Part shown: positions 29,223-39,272 of the stretch, one piece after another | Numbering within the stretch: the stretch's first letter is position 1 | Layout: each line of letters opens with the position of its first letter | NCBI GenBank assembly: GCA_963835065.1 | Contig: CAWIEK010000011.1 | Coordinates: forward strand, 1 to 64,000 | Source of the DNA: an uncultured Chthonomonadaceae bacterium | GTDB lineage: Bacteria > Armatimonadota > Chthonomonadetes > Chthonomonadales > Chthonomonadaceae | Direction of reading: 5' to 3' | Length of the DNA: 64,000 nucleotides | Translations under genes and position numbers: made by a program | The notes under the pieces: generated by a model | Told to the model about the DNA's origin: nothing | Seen by the model: the letters and a program-made list of their open reading frames with translations, nothing else | Database searches by the model: none

Positions 29223-31706
29223 CTATCCCGCTGTCATGGCTTCTTTCGGGGCGGAGGGCGGGTCGGCCTTGTCTATGGCATCCACAATCGAGCCGCGCTT
29301 GCTGAACAGAATCGCTCCGGTCAGGAAGGCGGCGGCAACCGCGACGATGGTGATGCGAACGGTCAGGCTGATGTCCTGAATCACGATGCCCGCAATCAAG
29401 ATACCGGTCAGGTTCATAACCTTAATCAGCGGGTTCAGGGCGGGGCCGGCGGTGTCTTTGAACGGGTCGCCAACGGTGTCGCAGATAATCGCCGATTTGT
29501 GGTTTTCGGTTCCCTTGCCGCCGAACAGCCCGTCTTCGATCAGCTTCTTGGCGTTGTCCCACGCGCCGCCGGAGTTGGAAAGCAGGACGGCCAGCAGCTG
29601 CCCGCTGACAATCGCGCCCGCCAGATAGCCGCCCAACGCCGCCGCGCCCGTTTGCGGGTTGCGGAAGCCAAGCCCGAAGCCGACAAGTATCGGCAGGCCA
29701 ATCGCCAGAATGCCCGGTCCAAGCAGTTCCTTTTGCGCGGCAGCGGTGGAAATCGCCACACAGCGCGCGTAATCCGGCTTGCTCGTTCCCAACATAATGC
29801 CCGGATCGTTGCGGAATTGGCGGCGCACTTCCTCAATCAACTGGAAAGCCGCGCGCCCGACCGCGTTGATGGCGAAACTGGAAAACAGGTACGGAGCCGC
29901 GCCGCCGATCAGCAGCCCGATAAACACTTCCGGCACTTCCAGCCGAATACCCACTTCCAGCAATTGCGCGTCCGTCATAAACGAGCGGAACAGGGCGACG
30001 GCGGCGATAACCGCAGTGGCAATTGCAAAGCCTTTGGTGAGCGCTTTGGTGGTGTTGCCGACCGCGTCCAGCCGGGTCACGATTCGGTGTCCCGACATGC
30101 CGCTTTTGGTAGTCGTGTGTCCCGCGGCTGCGTCCTCTTCCAGTACGCCCGACATTTCAAAGATGCCGTTCGCGTTGTCCGTGATCGGGCCAAACGTGTC
30201 CATTGCCAGAATGTAGCCCGTTGTCGTCAGCAGTCCCAAACCCGCAAGCGCGATGCCGTACGCGGCGAGCAGCGCGTTGCCGGGGAACACGGACAGGGCG
30301 AAGATCAGGGTCAGGGCGATGGCGAGTACGCTCCATACGGAACTTTCCAGCCCATACGAAAAGCCGGAAATGATCATCGTTGCCGGGCCGGTCTTGGAGT
30401 TGTACGCGATTTCGCGCACCGGCTTCTTGTCAACGGATGTGAAATACTCCGTCATGTAGCCGATAACCAGCGCGAGGATAATCCCCACGAACGTACACAG
30501 GAAGAAGCGCCACCATTCCACAACCACATGCCCGTTCGTGGTCGGCACTTCCACGCCGTTTTTGAAATACAGGTAGGAGCCGACGCCGAAGAACAGCGTG
30601 GCAAGGGCGGCGGAAACATAAAAGCCCGTGTTGATGGGCTTCATGGGGTCGAGGTCTTCGCGGTCTGCGCCTTTGACGGCAAGAACGCCGACAATGCTTG
30701 CGAACACGCCCGCCGCGCGCACAATCAGGGGGTACATGACCAGTTGCAGGGCGCTGTGCGCCAGCGCCTCGCTGTTTTCCCAGTAGGCGGCGGGAATAAT
30801 GGCCGCGCCCAAGATGATGGCCGCGACAAGCGTGACTTCGTAGCTCTCGAACACGTCGGCTGCCATGCCCGCGCAGTCGCCCACATTATCGCCCACGTTG
30901 TCGGCAATCGTTGCGGGGTTGCGGGGGTCGTCTTCCGGGATACCGGCTTCCACTTTACCCACAAGGTCCGCGCCCACGTCGGCGGCTTTGGTGAAGATGC
31001 CGCCGCCCACGCGCATAAACAGCGCGGCGAGAGAACCGCCGAAGCCGAAGCCGACCAGAATCAGCATCGCCTTTTGCTTGAAAATGAGGAAGACCAGACA
31101 CGCGCCGACAAGTCCCAAACCGACCGTCATCATGCCCGACACAGCCCCGGCTCTGAAAGCGGTTTCCAGCGCGCCCTTGAACGTGGTGCGCGCCTGATTT
31201 GCCGTGCGTTGATTGGCAAGCGTTGCCATGCCCATGCCGACATACCCGGCAATGTAGGACGCGGCCACGCCTAAAATGAAGAAAAACGCCACGCCGCCTG
31301 CTTCTGTCGGGCCGTAGCCTAAATCCGATTGTCCCTTGTACAGCATGAACAGCAGGATGGCAATCACGACAACAAGAGGCAACATCGTCTTCACTTGCTG
31401 GAGCAGATAAGCCAGCGCGCCGTCCCGAATGGCTTTGCCGACCTCTTCCATGCGCGCCGTACCCGCGCTCTGGCTTTTAATCTGCCCGTACCAGAGTCCG
31501 CCGACAAGCAGGGAAATGATGCCGGAAATCAGCGCAAACCAGATCAAATTGTTTTCCGAAGACGTAAACGGGGGAAGCTTAACGGCCTCCGAAGCATGCG
31601 CCGCGTTTGCGGTTGTCAGCAGCCCCAATCCCAATAGGGGCAGAAGGCGGGCAGCCTTCTGCCATTCGCACCCGGGCCGCCAAAGCCCAAAACGGCGTTC
31701 TCTCAT
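29223..31706 (-). CDS. hppA: Membrane-bound pyrophosphatase, probably K+-independent H+ pump
   Basis: GGGIFTKAADVGADLVGKVEAGIPEDDPRNP, DNVGDNVGD, GNTTKA (Lys at the K+-dependence site), DTVGDPFKD. Confidence 0.95.
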   Translation of the reverse strand: MRERRFGLWRPGCEWQKAARLLPLLGLGLLTTANAAHASEAVKLPPFTSSENNLIWFALISGIISLLVGGLWYGQIKSQSAGTARMEEVGKAIRDGALAYLLQQVKTMLPLVVVIAILLFMLYKGQSDLGYGPTEAGGVAFFFILGVAASYIAGYVGMGMATLANQRTANQARTTFKGALETAFRAGAVSGMMTVGLGLVGACLVFLIFKQKAMLILVGFGFGGSLAALFMRVGGGIFTKAADVGADLVGKVEAGIPEDDPRNPATIADNVGDNVGDCAGMAADVFESYEVTLVAAIILGAAIIPAAYWENSEALAHSALQLVMYPLIVRAAGVFASIVGVLAVKGADREDLDPMKPINTGFYVSAALATLFFGVGSYLYFKNGVEVPTTNGHVVVEWWRFFLCTFVGIILALVIGYMTEYFTSVDKKPVREIAYNSKTGPATMIISGFSYGLESSVWSVLAIALTLIFALSVFPGNALLAAYGIALAGLGLLTTTGYILAMDTFGPITDNANGIFEMSGVLEEDAAAGHTTTKSGMSGHRIVTRLDAVGNTTKALTKGFAIATAVIAAVALFRSFMTDAQLLEVGIRLEVPEVFIGLLIGGAAPYLFSSFAINAVGRAAFQLIEEVRRQFRNDPGIMLGTSKPDYARCVAISTAAAQKELLGPGILAIGLPILVGFGLGFRNPQTGAAALGGYLAGAIVSGQLLAVLLSNSGGAWDNAKKLIEDGLFGGKGTENHKSAIICDTVGDPFKDTAGPALNPLIKVMNLTGILIAGIVIQDISLTVRITIVAVAAAFLTGAILFSKRGSIVDAIDKADPPSAPKEAMTAG

Positions 31707-31727
31707 AACGGTGTCAATCCTCCTGAA

Positions 31728-31852
31728 AAGTAGTCAGTAGTCAGTAGTGAGTAGTCAGTAGAAATGCCCGTTTGCTCAGGGCATTGGAGAAGTTCATGGC
31801 AAGCAGGAACGGGTTCCCTGCTGACTACTGACTACTCGCTACTGACTACTTT
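31728..31852. repeat. Inverted heptamer-tandem hairpin (AGTAGTC)n ... (GACTACT)n in the hppA leader
   Basis: Direct inspection. Confidence 0.85.
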
Positions 31853-31869
31853 CTGCAAATGCTTGCAGA

Positions 31870-31899
31870 ATTATATGCGATTTACGCCGAAATAGTCAA
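31870..31899 (-). promoter_or_regulatory. Sigma70-type promoter for hppA
   Basis: TTGACT-N18-TATAAT on minus strand. Confidence 0.55.
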
Positions 31900-31957
31900 G
31901 TAGGAGTTTAGGTTTATTTGTGTGCCTGATTGGGATTATTCACGCAGGCCAATAGGG

Positions 31958-33223
31958 TCATTCGTGCCGCAGGGCGTCAATGGGATTCAGGCGGGACGCG
32001 CGCACAGCCGGAGCCACGCCGAACAACACGCCCACAGCGGTACAAACGGCTAAAGCCAACCCGATAAGCTGCCACGTAATAATAGGCGTCAGCGGCGAGT
32101 AGTGGGCGACGAGCCGGCAAATAACTTCGGAAATCAGCAGGCCGATGACGCCGCCGAGCAGGGAAAGCACAATCGCCTCAATTAAAAACTGTATGAATAT
32201 GTCACTGCGCCGCGCCCCGACAGTTTTTCTTACGCCGATTTCGCGCGTCCGTTCCGTCACAGTGACAAGCATGATGTTCATAATGCCGACGCCCGCCACA
32301 AACAGCGAAATGCCCGCAATCAGACCCAGCAGCGACTGCGCCATGTTCAGGATATGAATCACGAGCGCCAGTCCCTTTTCTTGCGTGATTACGCCGAAAT
32401 CTTCGTGGCCGTCATGCGCTCGCATCATGGCGGCATTGATTTGCGCGTCCATTTTTTCCGCCGGGTGCTGGTAATCGGTTTCCAGCACAATGCGGTTCAC
32501 CTGGCTGTTCGGCAGCAGTTTCTTGAGTTTATCGGAAGGCAGGTAAACCAGCGTGTTTAGCGCAAGAAGCGAACTGCCGAGCGAACCGCCCGCATCCGGC
32601 TTGCCCAACACGCCAACCACTTTCCAGTCGTGCCCCTGAACGTGAATCATTTTCCCCAGCGCGGGACCGCTGCCGAACAAATCCTGGCGCGGGCGATAGC
32701 CCAAAATGCACACCTGTCCGTCGCCATCCTCGTAATAGCGGCCTTCCGACAGGCGCGTGGGGTTCATCTGAACGCCCACTTTGTTGGTGGCAACCACCAT
32801 CGCGCCGGCGGTCTTTTTGGCGGCGCCTTCAATACTGCCCGCCACGATGTACACGGGGGAGATTTTCGCCACGCCCGCCACGCCGCGCAGAGCCGTGACA
32901 TCCTCTTCGGACAGGGTGGAAAGTCCGGCCAAGGCTCCGGGATTGGGCTGCCCGTTTTCATCCAGCTTGCCGGGCACAACAATCACGAGGTTGGTTCCCA
33001 ACCCCTCCACCTGCTTGCGGATTTCCACTTTCACGCCCTGCAAAATGGCGATCAGCGTGACAATGGCAATCATGCCGATCACGATGCCGGTCAGGGTCAG
33101 GGCGGAGCGCAGGCCGTTTTGCACAAGCGCGTGAAGCGCGGCGCGAATGTTGTCACTCAGCGAGGCGACCGCCCGACGCGCAGTGACGCGGGCGGCAGGA
33201 ACATAGTTGTCAGCTTCCAGCAT
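31958..33223 (-). CDS. MacB/FtsX-type ABC permease
   Basis: RSALTLTGIVIG, GVGIMNIMLVTVTERTREIGVRK, PAVRASRLNPIDALRHE. Confidence 0.92.
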   Translation of the reverse strand: MLEADNYVPAARVTARRAVASLSDNIRAALHALVQNGLRSALTLTGIVIGMIAIVTLIAILQGVKVEIRKQVEGLGTNLVIVVPGKLDENGQPNPGALAGLSTLSEEDVTALRGVAGVAKISPVYIVAGSIEGAAKKTAGAMVVATNKVGVQMNPTRLSEGRYYEDGDGQVCILGYRPRQDLFGSGPALGKMIHVQGHDWKVVGVLGKPDAGGSLGSSLLALNTLVYLPSDKLKKLLPNSQVNRIVLETDYQHPAEKMDAQINAAMMRAHDGHEDFGVITQEKGLALVIHILNMAQSLLGLIAGISLFVAGVGIMNIMLVTVTERTREIGVRKTVGARRSDIFIQFLIEAIVLSLLGGVIGLLISEVICRLVAHYSPLTPIITWQLIGLALAVCTAVGVLFGVAPAVRASRLNPIDALRHE

Positions 33224-33504
33224 AATGGACGTAAATAGACTTTCGTTGTTGCAGGTTAATCGCGTTCATAGCGCGTTGCCAAACAGAGGTATAGCGAACG
33301 CGGGCGCAGTTCGACACGCGGAACTTCGCAGCGTACCTGCTTTCTATTACGCACAATCAGAGGAAATTGGCGTACTGACAGTGAAATACTTTGCTGAAAA
33401 GGAATTTGCAAGGGACAACCAACAGGTACGGTATCAACCTTATGCCATTTTACCATTACCCTCCCCATCATATAAATCTGTTGCCTTTTAAGCGGCGCAG
33501 CGCC

Positions 33505-33747
33505 ATGTTCAAAATCCGAACGCGCATCGGTAAAGCAACAAGGTGCTTGTGGGACATTGGCCGCCTTCTTGTGTGTCTTTTAGGCTCACCTTTGTACTTG
33601 GCGGGAATTATATTTACAATACCAATTGCTACTTTGGCACAAAAGTTTACAAGGTGTCCTGCATGCCAAGTCCGAGGGGAAGGCAGAATTCGCTTTCATG
33701 TCCGTTTTGGGTGGCTTGTTCGCATTGTAGAGTTTCGTTGCAATTAG
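33505..33747 (+). CDS. Small hypothetical TM + CxxC protein, possibly with premature stop
   Basis: TM helix, CPAC, then C-N-stop-C; low GC. Confidence 0.3.
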   Translation: MFKIRTRIGKATRCLWDIGRLLVCLLGSPLYLAGIIFTIPIATLAQKFTRCPACQVRGEGRIRFHVRFGWLVRIVEFRCN

Positions 33748-33872
33748 TGTGTCACAAACTATTGGAGCGCAAGGGGCAAAATTGGCAGGAAATTTCGGAG
33801 GAGCAACAATTACGAAGACGGCTGCAAGAACAGTAAAATCTTGATGTTGTGCGCGTCGAAAGGAGAAATTAC

Positions 33873-34199
33873 ATGCTGAATACGACACAACGCGAACATT
33901 TGAATCGCTTGCGCGAAGCAGAAATGCAGCGAACGCTCACAGCCACCGAACAAGCGGAACTTGCGGCATTGTTTCAAATCATTATAGATGCTGAAGCGGC
34001 TTACTTACAGCCGGCGATAGACGCAATGAAGCAGAAGCGAAAGCAAATGGAGGCGGAACTTGCGGAAGCGCAGAGTTTTCTACAACACAGTGAAGCCGCG
34101 TTAAGCCGTTCACGAATGGAATTAATGCTGCTGACTGAAGCCGTTTTAGCAAAGGATTGGCTTCGTCCTGAAGAGGATGAGGCATGGCGGGATTTATGA
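33873..34199 (+). CDS. Small antitoxin-like protein with DUF2281-like tail
   Basis: AAGGAG SD; coiled coil followed by EAVLAKDWLRPEEDEAWRDL. Confidence 0.6.
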   Translation: MLNTTQREHLNRLREAEMQRTLTATEQAELAALFQIIIDAEAAYLQPAIDAMKQKRKQMEAELAEAQSFLQHSEAALSRSRMELMLLTEAVLAKDWLRPEEDEAWRDL

Positions 34200-34210
34200 G
34201 TGAAATGTAT

Positions 34211-36949
34211 TTAGTAGATGTCGCCGACGCCGACGCCTAGTGCCTGCCCGGCGGGGCCGCGATTGAACTGACGGGTAGCGGGGAGGGCTTTGACGCGGAG
34301 GGCGAAGTAGATTTGGCGGTCGTTGTAAAAGCTGTTGGGGTTTTCGGAATAGGAGATGCTGGCTTCCAGACAGTCCCACTCGTGAATCAGTTCCGCTGCC
34401 CGCGACTCGAACAACCCCGTGCCGCCGTTAAAGCGCAATAGTCCCGAAAACCGCCAGCTATGCGCAAACGGAACGTCAAATTGCGTGTTGATCTGGCTGA
34501 ATTTGCGCCGGATGCCGGGCTGCTGCGGGTCTATGCGCGATACCAGATCAAAGGCGAAATCGTTTGCGCCGCGCAGACGCATTTGATTGGTGATGGCAAT
34601 GAATTTGCCCGTATTCGGGTCGTAACTGTCGAGCGAATCGAAGCGGACGCTGGTGCGGGGCTGCCACATCAGGCGCGTGGACAGTGTTTGAAACGGCCTG
34701 CCGCTGGTACGTCCCGATAAATCGTAGCCCGTCCGTAGCGTAGCCTGAAAATGCTTGTCGTCCAGATACCCGCCTTCGGCTGTCAGGTAATGCGAATGGG
34801 TGTACTGGTCGAACGTGAACGGCGTCCCGCCTTCGGGCTGATCGTAAAAATAGTTAAGGTCGAAGCCGCTGCGCCCCAAAACGTGCTGCCGGAGCCGCGT
34901 ATTGTTGCGGGTTTCGTACTGCGCCGCGCCGTCGCCATAAATGCGCTGCTCGAAACCTCCCCCCGTGACCAGTTCCGTCCGCCCGCGCATAACCGTAATC
35001 TGCGGAATGTTGAAGCCAAGCAGCAGGCGCTCGGTAAAGGTTTTGCTGGCCGGCTCGTTGAATTGGCCCAGATCGGCGGTGAACGTCGTCGGCAGTTGCC
35101 GCAATAGCCCGCCCTTGAAGTTGATGGTATCGGCGGTAAACTGAAATTCAGGCAGTTTTTCCAGCGTACCGATAGAAGTCCCCGCCGATTGAACGCCAAT
35201 CGGGGTACTCTTGTTTGTCATAAACGTGTACTGATACTCGCGGGACGTGTGCTGAAACTGGAATTGCGTGTCCGCCCGCGCCGTGCGGTTGATGGTTTCG
35301 CTGGCCGGTGTCGTGTCCGTCGCAAGGATGGACTGCGTGTTCAGCAGGCGGGAAACGTCTATCTGGTAGGACAGCGAGTTGCGGTTTGTCCCCTGTGAGG
35401 CAAACTGAAACGAGTTGCGCAGGCTGCCGGAAATCTGGTTTGTGGAATAGGTTGGCGAGTCGTTGGTTTGTATGTTGATGGAGCCGAGCAGATTGACGCC
35501 ATGTACGCTGTCGTCGTGCGCAAGATCGAAGCGCGTGTTTTGCGTGGTCTGCCCGCTGGAAACGAGATAACTCTGTTTGGTTAATTCCGTGCTGAAGCCG
35601 AAGCGGTTGTCGCTGCCAAACCCCTGCTGATGCCGAAAACTCGTGGTAAAGTTGCGGTTGAAGCCGCTGCTCGTATACCCCTGAATGGTGAACAAGCCGC
35701 CGCTTGCCGGGCCAAGCCCCGTGCCCAATTGCGGCAGGCGCGGCCCGATGTTGCCGTACCCATACGCCGAAGTGAAGGCTCCGCCCGGATCGCTGCTCAG
35801 GCTGCCCGAACCGCTGAACCCGCCGCCGTAGCCATACCCGGACGTGTCGAACGCGCGAGCCTGCTTGCCCGCGAGATACTCCTGCTCGAAACGCAGCCGC
35901 TCGCCCAGTTTCTGTGTGGCGCTGACCTGCACATAACTGGCTGCGTCCTGCCCGATGGGGAATTCGTAGGGGAAGCGTCCATAATAACCTTCCTGCACAT
36001 TCTGGCCGAATTCGGGAAAGTAATTGGGGCGGCGGGCGCGTTTTGGCGGCTTCCGGTCGAGCGGGATAACGATGTAGGGGATGGTGATCAATTTCACGCC
36101 GAACAAAATCACGCTTGTCTGGTGCAGCACGATGCGTTGACCGGGATATAAAACAGCATCCCGCGACCTTAGCAGGTAATGGGGATTCGGCTCAATACAG
36201 GTTGTTTCCGTAGTATTGTCGGCAAACGTGTTGCCCTGCCGATTGCCGAACAGGTCACGCCCTGTCACAAACACATTGTCGTACACGCGATTTTGCAGCA
36301 CGTCCGGCGACAGCGTGGTACGCAGATTGTCCAGCCGATAGCGCCGCGTCTGTGGATAAAAATGAATGGTATCCGCGTAAGCGGTGGTTGTCGGCGTGAC
36401 AATGCGCGGATTGCCGCTGAACACCAATTCGTTGCTGAGGTTGCCTTCCACGCGGTCCGCAGATATGGTTATGCCTCTGTATTTGATGGTGACGCCGTTT
36501 TCCGCGACAATGTTTCCCAATGGATCCTGGCTATACTGTCCCGCCGACACTGTGAGTTCCGGTATCTCCGGCGCAGTATTGTTAGGCGTGGCTTGATCGG
36601 CAGGGGAGGGAGCTTGCGATTGCCGATTGGGGATTGGGGATTGTGGATTGGGGATTGTAGATTGCGGATTGCCGCTCGGTGCTTGTGGGCTGTCCGCACT
36701 TGGCTTTGGAGCATTGCCTGGAGATGGCGGCTGTACTTCCATATTCTCCCCTGTTCCCTGTTCCCTGTTCCCTGTTCCCTTCTTCTCTTCCCCAACAGGC
36801 GTGACCAAAGCGGCCTTCTCCTGGGCGGTGGCGAGGCCGGGAAGCAGCAGGGCATACATAGCCAGCAGCGCAGCGCGGGGGGGAACGGCGCGGGGGCGAC
36901 GGATGGGTGGGAACAGCGTCATGTTCCTTCCAATAGGGTTGAACAGCAT
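34211..36949 (-). CDS. LptD-like outer-membrane protein
   Basis: Signal peptide, OstA-like N-domain (ISADRV, TTC...PHY, IPY), beta-strand-rich C-terminus with HEWDC. Confidence 0.7.
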   Translation of the reverse strand: MLFNPIGRNMTLFPPIRRPRAVPPRAALLAMYALLLPGLATAQEKAALVTPVGEEKKGTGNREQGTGENMEVQPPSPGNAPKPSADSPQAPSGNPQSTIPNPQSPIPNRQSQAPSPADQATPNNTAPEIPELTVSAGQYSQDPLGNIVAENGVTIKYRGITISADRVEGNLSNELVFSGNPRIVTPTTTAYADTIHFYPQTRRYRLDNLRTTLSPDVLQNRVYDNVFVTGRDLFGNRQGNTFADNTTETTCIEPNPHYLLRSRDAVLYPGQRIVLHQTSVILFGVKLITIPYIVIPLDRKPPKRARRPNYFPEFGQNVQEGYYGRFPYEFPIGQDAASYVQVSATQKLGERLRFEQEYLAGKQARAFDTSGYGYGGGFSGSGSLSSDPGGAFTSAYGYGNIGPRLPQLGTGLGPASGGLFTIQGYTSSGFNRNFTTSFRHQQGFGSDNRFGFSTELTKQSYLVSSGQTTQNTRFDLAHDDSVHGVNLLGSINIQTNDSPTYSTNQISGSLRNSFQFASQGTNRNSLSYQIDVSRLLNTQSILATDTTPASETINRTARADTQFQFQHTSREYQYTFMTNKSTPIGVQSAGTSIGTLEKLPEFQFTADTINFKGGLLRQLPTTFTADLGQFNEPASKTFTERLLLGFNIPQITVMRGRTELVTGGGFEQRIYGDGAAQYETRNNTRLRQHVLGRSGFDLNYFYDQPEGGTPFTFDQYTHSHYLTAEGGYLDDKHFQATLRTGYDLSGRTSGRPFQTLSTRLMWQPRTSVRFDSLDSYDPNTGKFIAITNQMRLRGANDFAFDLVSRIDPQQPGIRRKFSQINTQFDVPFAHSWRFSGLLRFNGGTGLFESRAAELIHEWDCLEASISYSENPNSFYNDRQIYFALRVKALPATRQFNRGPAGQALGVGVGDIY
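36625..36780. repeat. In-frame heptamer tandems (GATTGGG)n and (CCCTGTT)n inside the LptD-like gene
   Basis: Encode NPQSTIPNPQSPIPN and GTGNREQGTG. Confidence 0.8.
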
Positions 36950-37079
36950 GGAAAGCAGGATAACTGGCTGTTATTATAGCACGTAGCGTCGAAAAGGAAC
37001 AAGGCAGAGGCCGTAATCAGAGTATAAATCGCTCCTACTTCTTGCGCGGATGCCGACGATCTTTACGTGACACCGAATT

Positions 37080-37757
37080 TTATGACGCTTCGGGGTCGGG
37101 GCGTGAAGATGCGGTGTTTGAACTCTCTTTCAACGCCTCCTGGTTGCGCCAGTAGATGCTGTTGGCGCGGATCATCAGTTTGTTGTCCACGAGATAGCGG
37201 CGCAGGGTGGCGAAATCCGGGTGGAAGCCTTTTAAGATTGCGCTGACTTCCTTTTCCGTGTAGTGGCGGCCCGGCTCGAATTCCTGAGCCAGCCGCCGCA
37301 AAACAATGAGTTGCTTTTTGCGCTGCGTGGGAATCTCTTTCAGGCGGTGATGAGTCACTTCAAATGTGCCTTCCGGCAGTTTCACCTGCTCGACACTCGC
37401 GCGCTGGAAGAACGTGTTGAGAATGTGTTTCTCGTACTCGTCTTCGGTTTCCTGCGCTTCTTCAGCGCCGGCTCTGCTTTTCAGGTCTTTCAGCAGCGCG
37501 TGGACGCCTTCCTGTGCCAATCGGTAATAGTGCGACGTGCCTTCCTGCCGCATATCCACCATGTTATTGTTGCGCAGCATCGTGAGATGCCATGATACCG
37601 TCGGCTCTTTTAATCCCAATTCTTCCGCCAACTCCTTGACCGTATACTCCCGTTCCGACAGCAACGCCAGCAGGCGAAAGCGGCTTTTATCCGCCAGCAC
37701 CTTCAAAAACTGCAAAATACGATCCAGTTCTTTCACATCAATCTGTACCATGTCCAT
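37080..37757 (-). CDS. ArsR-family HTH + DUF2087 regulator
   Basis: LADKSRFRLL..TVKELAEEL..TVSWHL; LKEIP..KKQ..YTEKEV..HPDFATLRRYLVD. Confidence 0.88.
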   Translation of the reverse strand: MDMVQIDVKELDRILQFLKVLADKSRFRLLALLSEREYTVKELAEELGLKEPTVSWHLTMLRNNNMVDMRQEGTSHYYRLAQEGVHALLKDLKSRAGAEEAQETEDEYEKHILNTFFQRASVEQVKLPEGTFEVTHHRLKEIPTQRKKQLIVLRRLAQEFEPGRHYTEKEVSAILKGFHPDFATLRRYLVDNKLMIRANSIYWRNQEALKESSNTASSRPDPEAS

Positions 37758-37785
37758 CCTCCACTAGGATTAGATATTCACTTGT

Positions 37786-37839
37786 TTAGATGATCGTCTA
37801 ATTAGATAGGATTCTAACACAGTTGCTTGTGCTTGTCAA
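37786..37839 (-). promoter_or_regulatory. Promoter TTGACA-N17-TAGAAT with two tandem TTAGA-N6-TCTAA operators
   Basis: -35 at 37834-37839, -10 at 37811-37816; palindromes 37786-37801 and 37802-37817. Confidence 0.75.
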
Positions 37840-37902
37840 GAAGAGCAAGAGATTTTCTCCTTGCCTCCTCTTTTTCTTTTTAGATTGCGCCCCACACACA
37901 AA

Positions 37903-37947
37903 AATCCCCTGCTTCCAGTAGGCAAGATTGCGAGGAAGCAGGGGATT
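37903..37947 (-). terminator. Intrinsic terminator hairpin
   Basis: AATCCCCTGCTTCC / GGAAGCAGGGGATT just after the stop of the 37962 gene. Confidence 0.6.
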
Positions 37948-37961
37948 AGCAAACACAAACC

Positions 37962-38828
37962 TTATTGGGATTGCATGATGCGATAATTGTATGTCAGCAT
38001 CAGATCATCTTTTGCCGTTGGTCGCCAATTGGTACGGACGAAATGCAGCGTTTTGCCCTGTGCCTGCGGCGCGCAGGGACCTTTCCACGTAACAGCATTA
38101 GGGCTAATCGAGTTGACGTGCAATTCGTTAGGATAGGTTTTCGAGATTGTGTTCAGCGGTATCAATTGGAGTGGCTGCGGTATTGCTTTGGAGCGGAAGG
38201 TGATGTTTACTTCCGAACGGCCTATGTTGCCGTGCCACGAGGAGCCGGTATGAAGCGTGTAGGCGACTTGTTTCATGTAGCCGTTCTTGCCCCCATCCAG
38301 AGAGAATATGCCGCCGCCTAATCTTTGCGTATAAACGTCGTGAATTCGCCGGACGCTATGCGCGGGAAATCCTACCTGCTTGGTGTGCCAGTAGTGTCCC
38401 TCCTCGTTGGCGCGAACCAACTTCGTTGCCACCAGATTACCGTCTACATAGGAGCGAAACGAGGTAAAGGTCGTGTGCGGCGGCGTATTCAGAACTTCTT
38501 TGGGGTCTGCTTCCTCATCGGGATCGTTCGCGCCCTCTCCTTCATCGGGAAAGCCCATGCGGACGGCGCAGGCCGGCCCCGAATTCGTGAACACAAACCG
38601 GCAGTCCACCGTGTATTTGTCTTTATCCACCACGATGTTGATGACTTCGCTGGTCATGGTTACGGAGGGATGCCCGGACAACAGGCGCGGCGACCCGCCC
38701 ATCGAAATGCCGCCGTCGTTGGCAAGCGCTTGCGTGGCAACGCTGCCCAAAGCGCAGACACCGACAATGCTGACAAACAGAGTACGAAATGAAAGCAATT
38801 CACGCGCGATCAAACGTATGGAGAACAT
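37962..38828 (-). CDS. Exported DUF4424-like protein
   Basis: Signal peptide ALAND, MTSEVI, MGFP, YTLHTGSSWHGNIG. Confidence 0.65.
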   Translation of the reverse strand: MFSIRLIARELLSFRTLFVSIVGVCALGSVATQALANDGGISMGGSPRLLSGHPSVTMTSEVINIVVDKDKYTVDCRFVFTNSGPACAVRMGFPDEGEGANDPDEEADPKEVLNTPPHTTFTSFRSYVDGNLVATKLVRANEEGHYWHTKQVGFPAHSVRRIHDVYTQRLGGGIFSLDGGKNGYMKQVAYTLHTGSSWHGNIGRSEVNITFRSKAIPQPLQLIPLNTISKTYPNELHVNSISPNAVTWKGPCAPQAQGKTLHFVRTNWRPTAKDDLMLTYNYRIMQSQ

Positions 38829-39272
38829 GGAATTTTGCCTCCCGCAATGGTACTGGTAACGCACGTTGAATGGACAGGAATAACGGCTGTGTTGATCCCT
38901 GCCTCAATATACGGCTAAAGCCGCGCTGCCGCTACAACATTTTAATGCGCTGACTGTGAAATTTTTAATACGCGGATTGTGAATTTGACCACACATTCAA
39001 TACTCAAATTTAAGATTGCTGTAAATGTTGGATATTCTGTTGTCGGCTTTCCGTATCAAGGGCTAATCGTGGTATAATTGGGCAAGCAGGACTGCCGCGA
39101 CGCTGCCGAAACAGGTTCTCCGCCCGCGCCCTCTTTTGTTTCCACTCAAGAGCCGTTTCCGTTCCTTTTTCGCCTGCCGCCGCCCTATACCAAATAAGCA
39201 AGCCCTGCAGCGTAAGCCTCCGGCCGGGAATGTGCCCCGGAGTTTGTGGAAAGTGGGTGGAATTATTAACTC

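Noticed and set aside
29196..31274. 692-aa plus-strand ORF
   Set aside because: Antisense shadow of hppA; the same applies to 5805..7142, 7787..9151 and 51850..53904.
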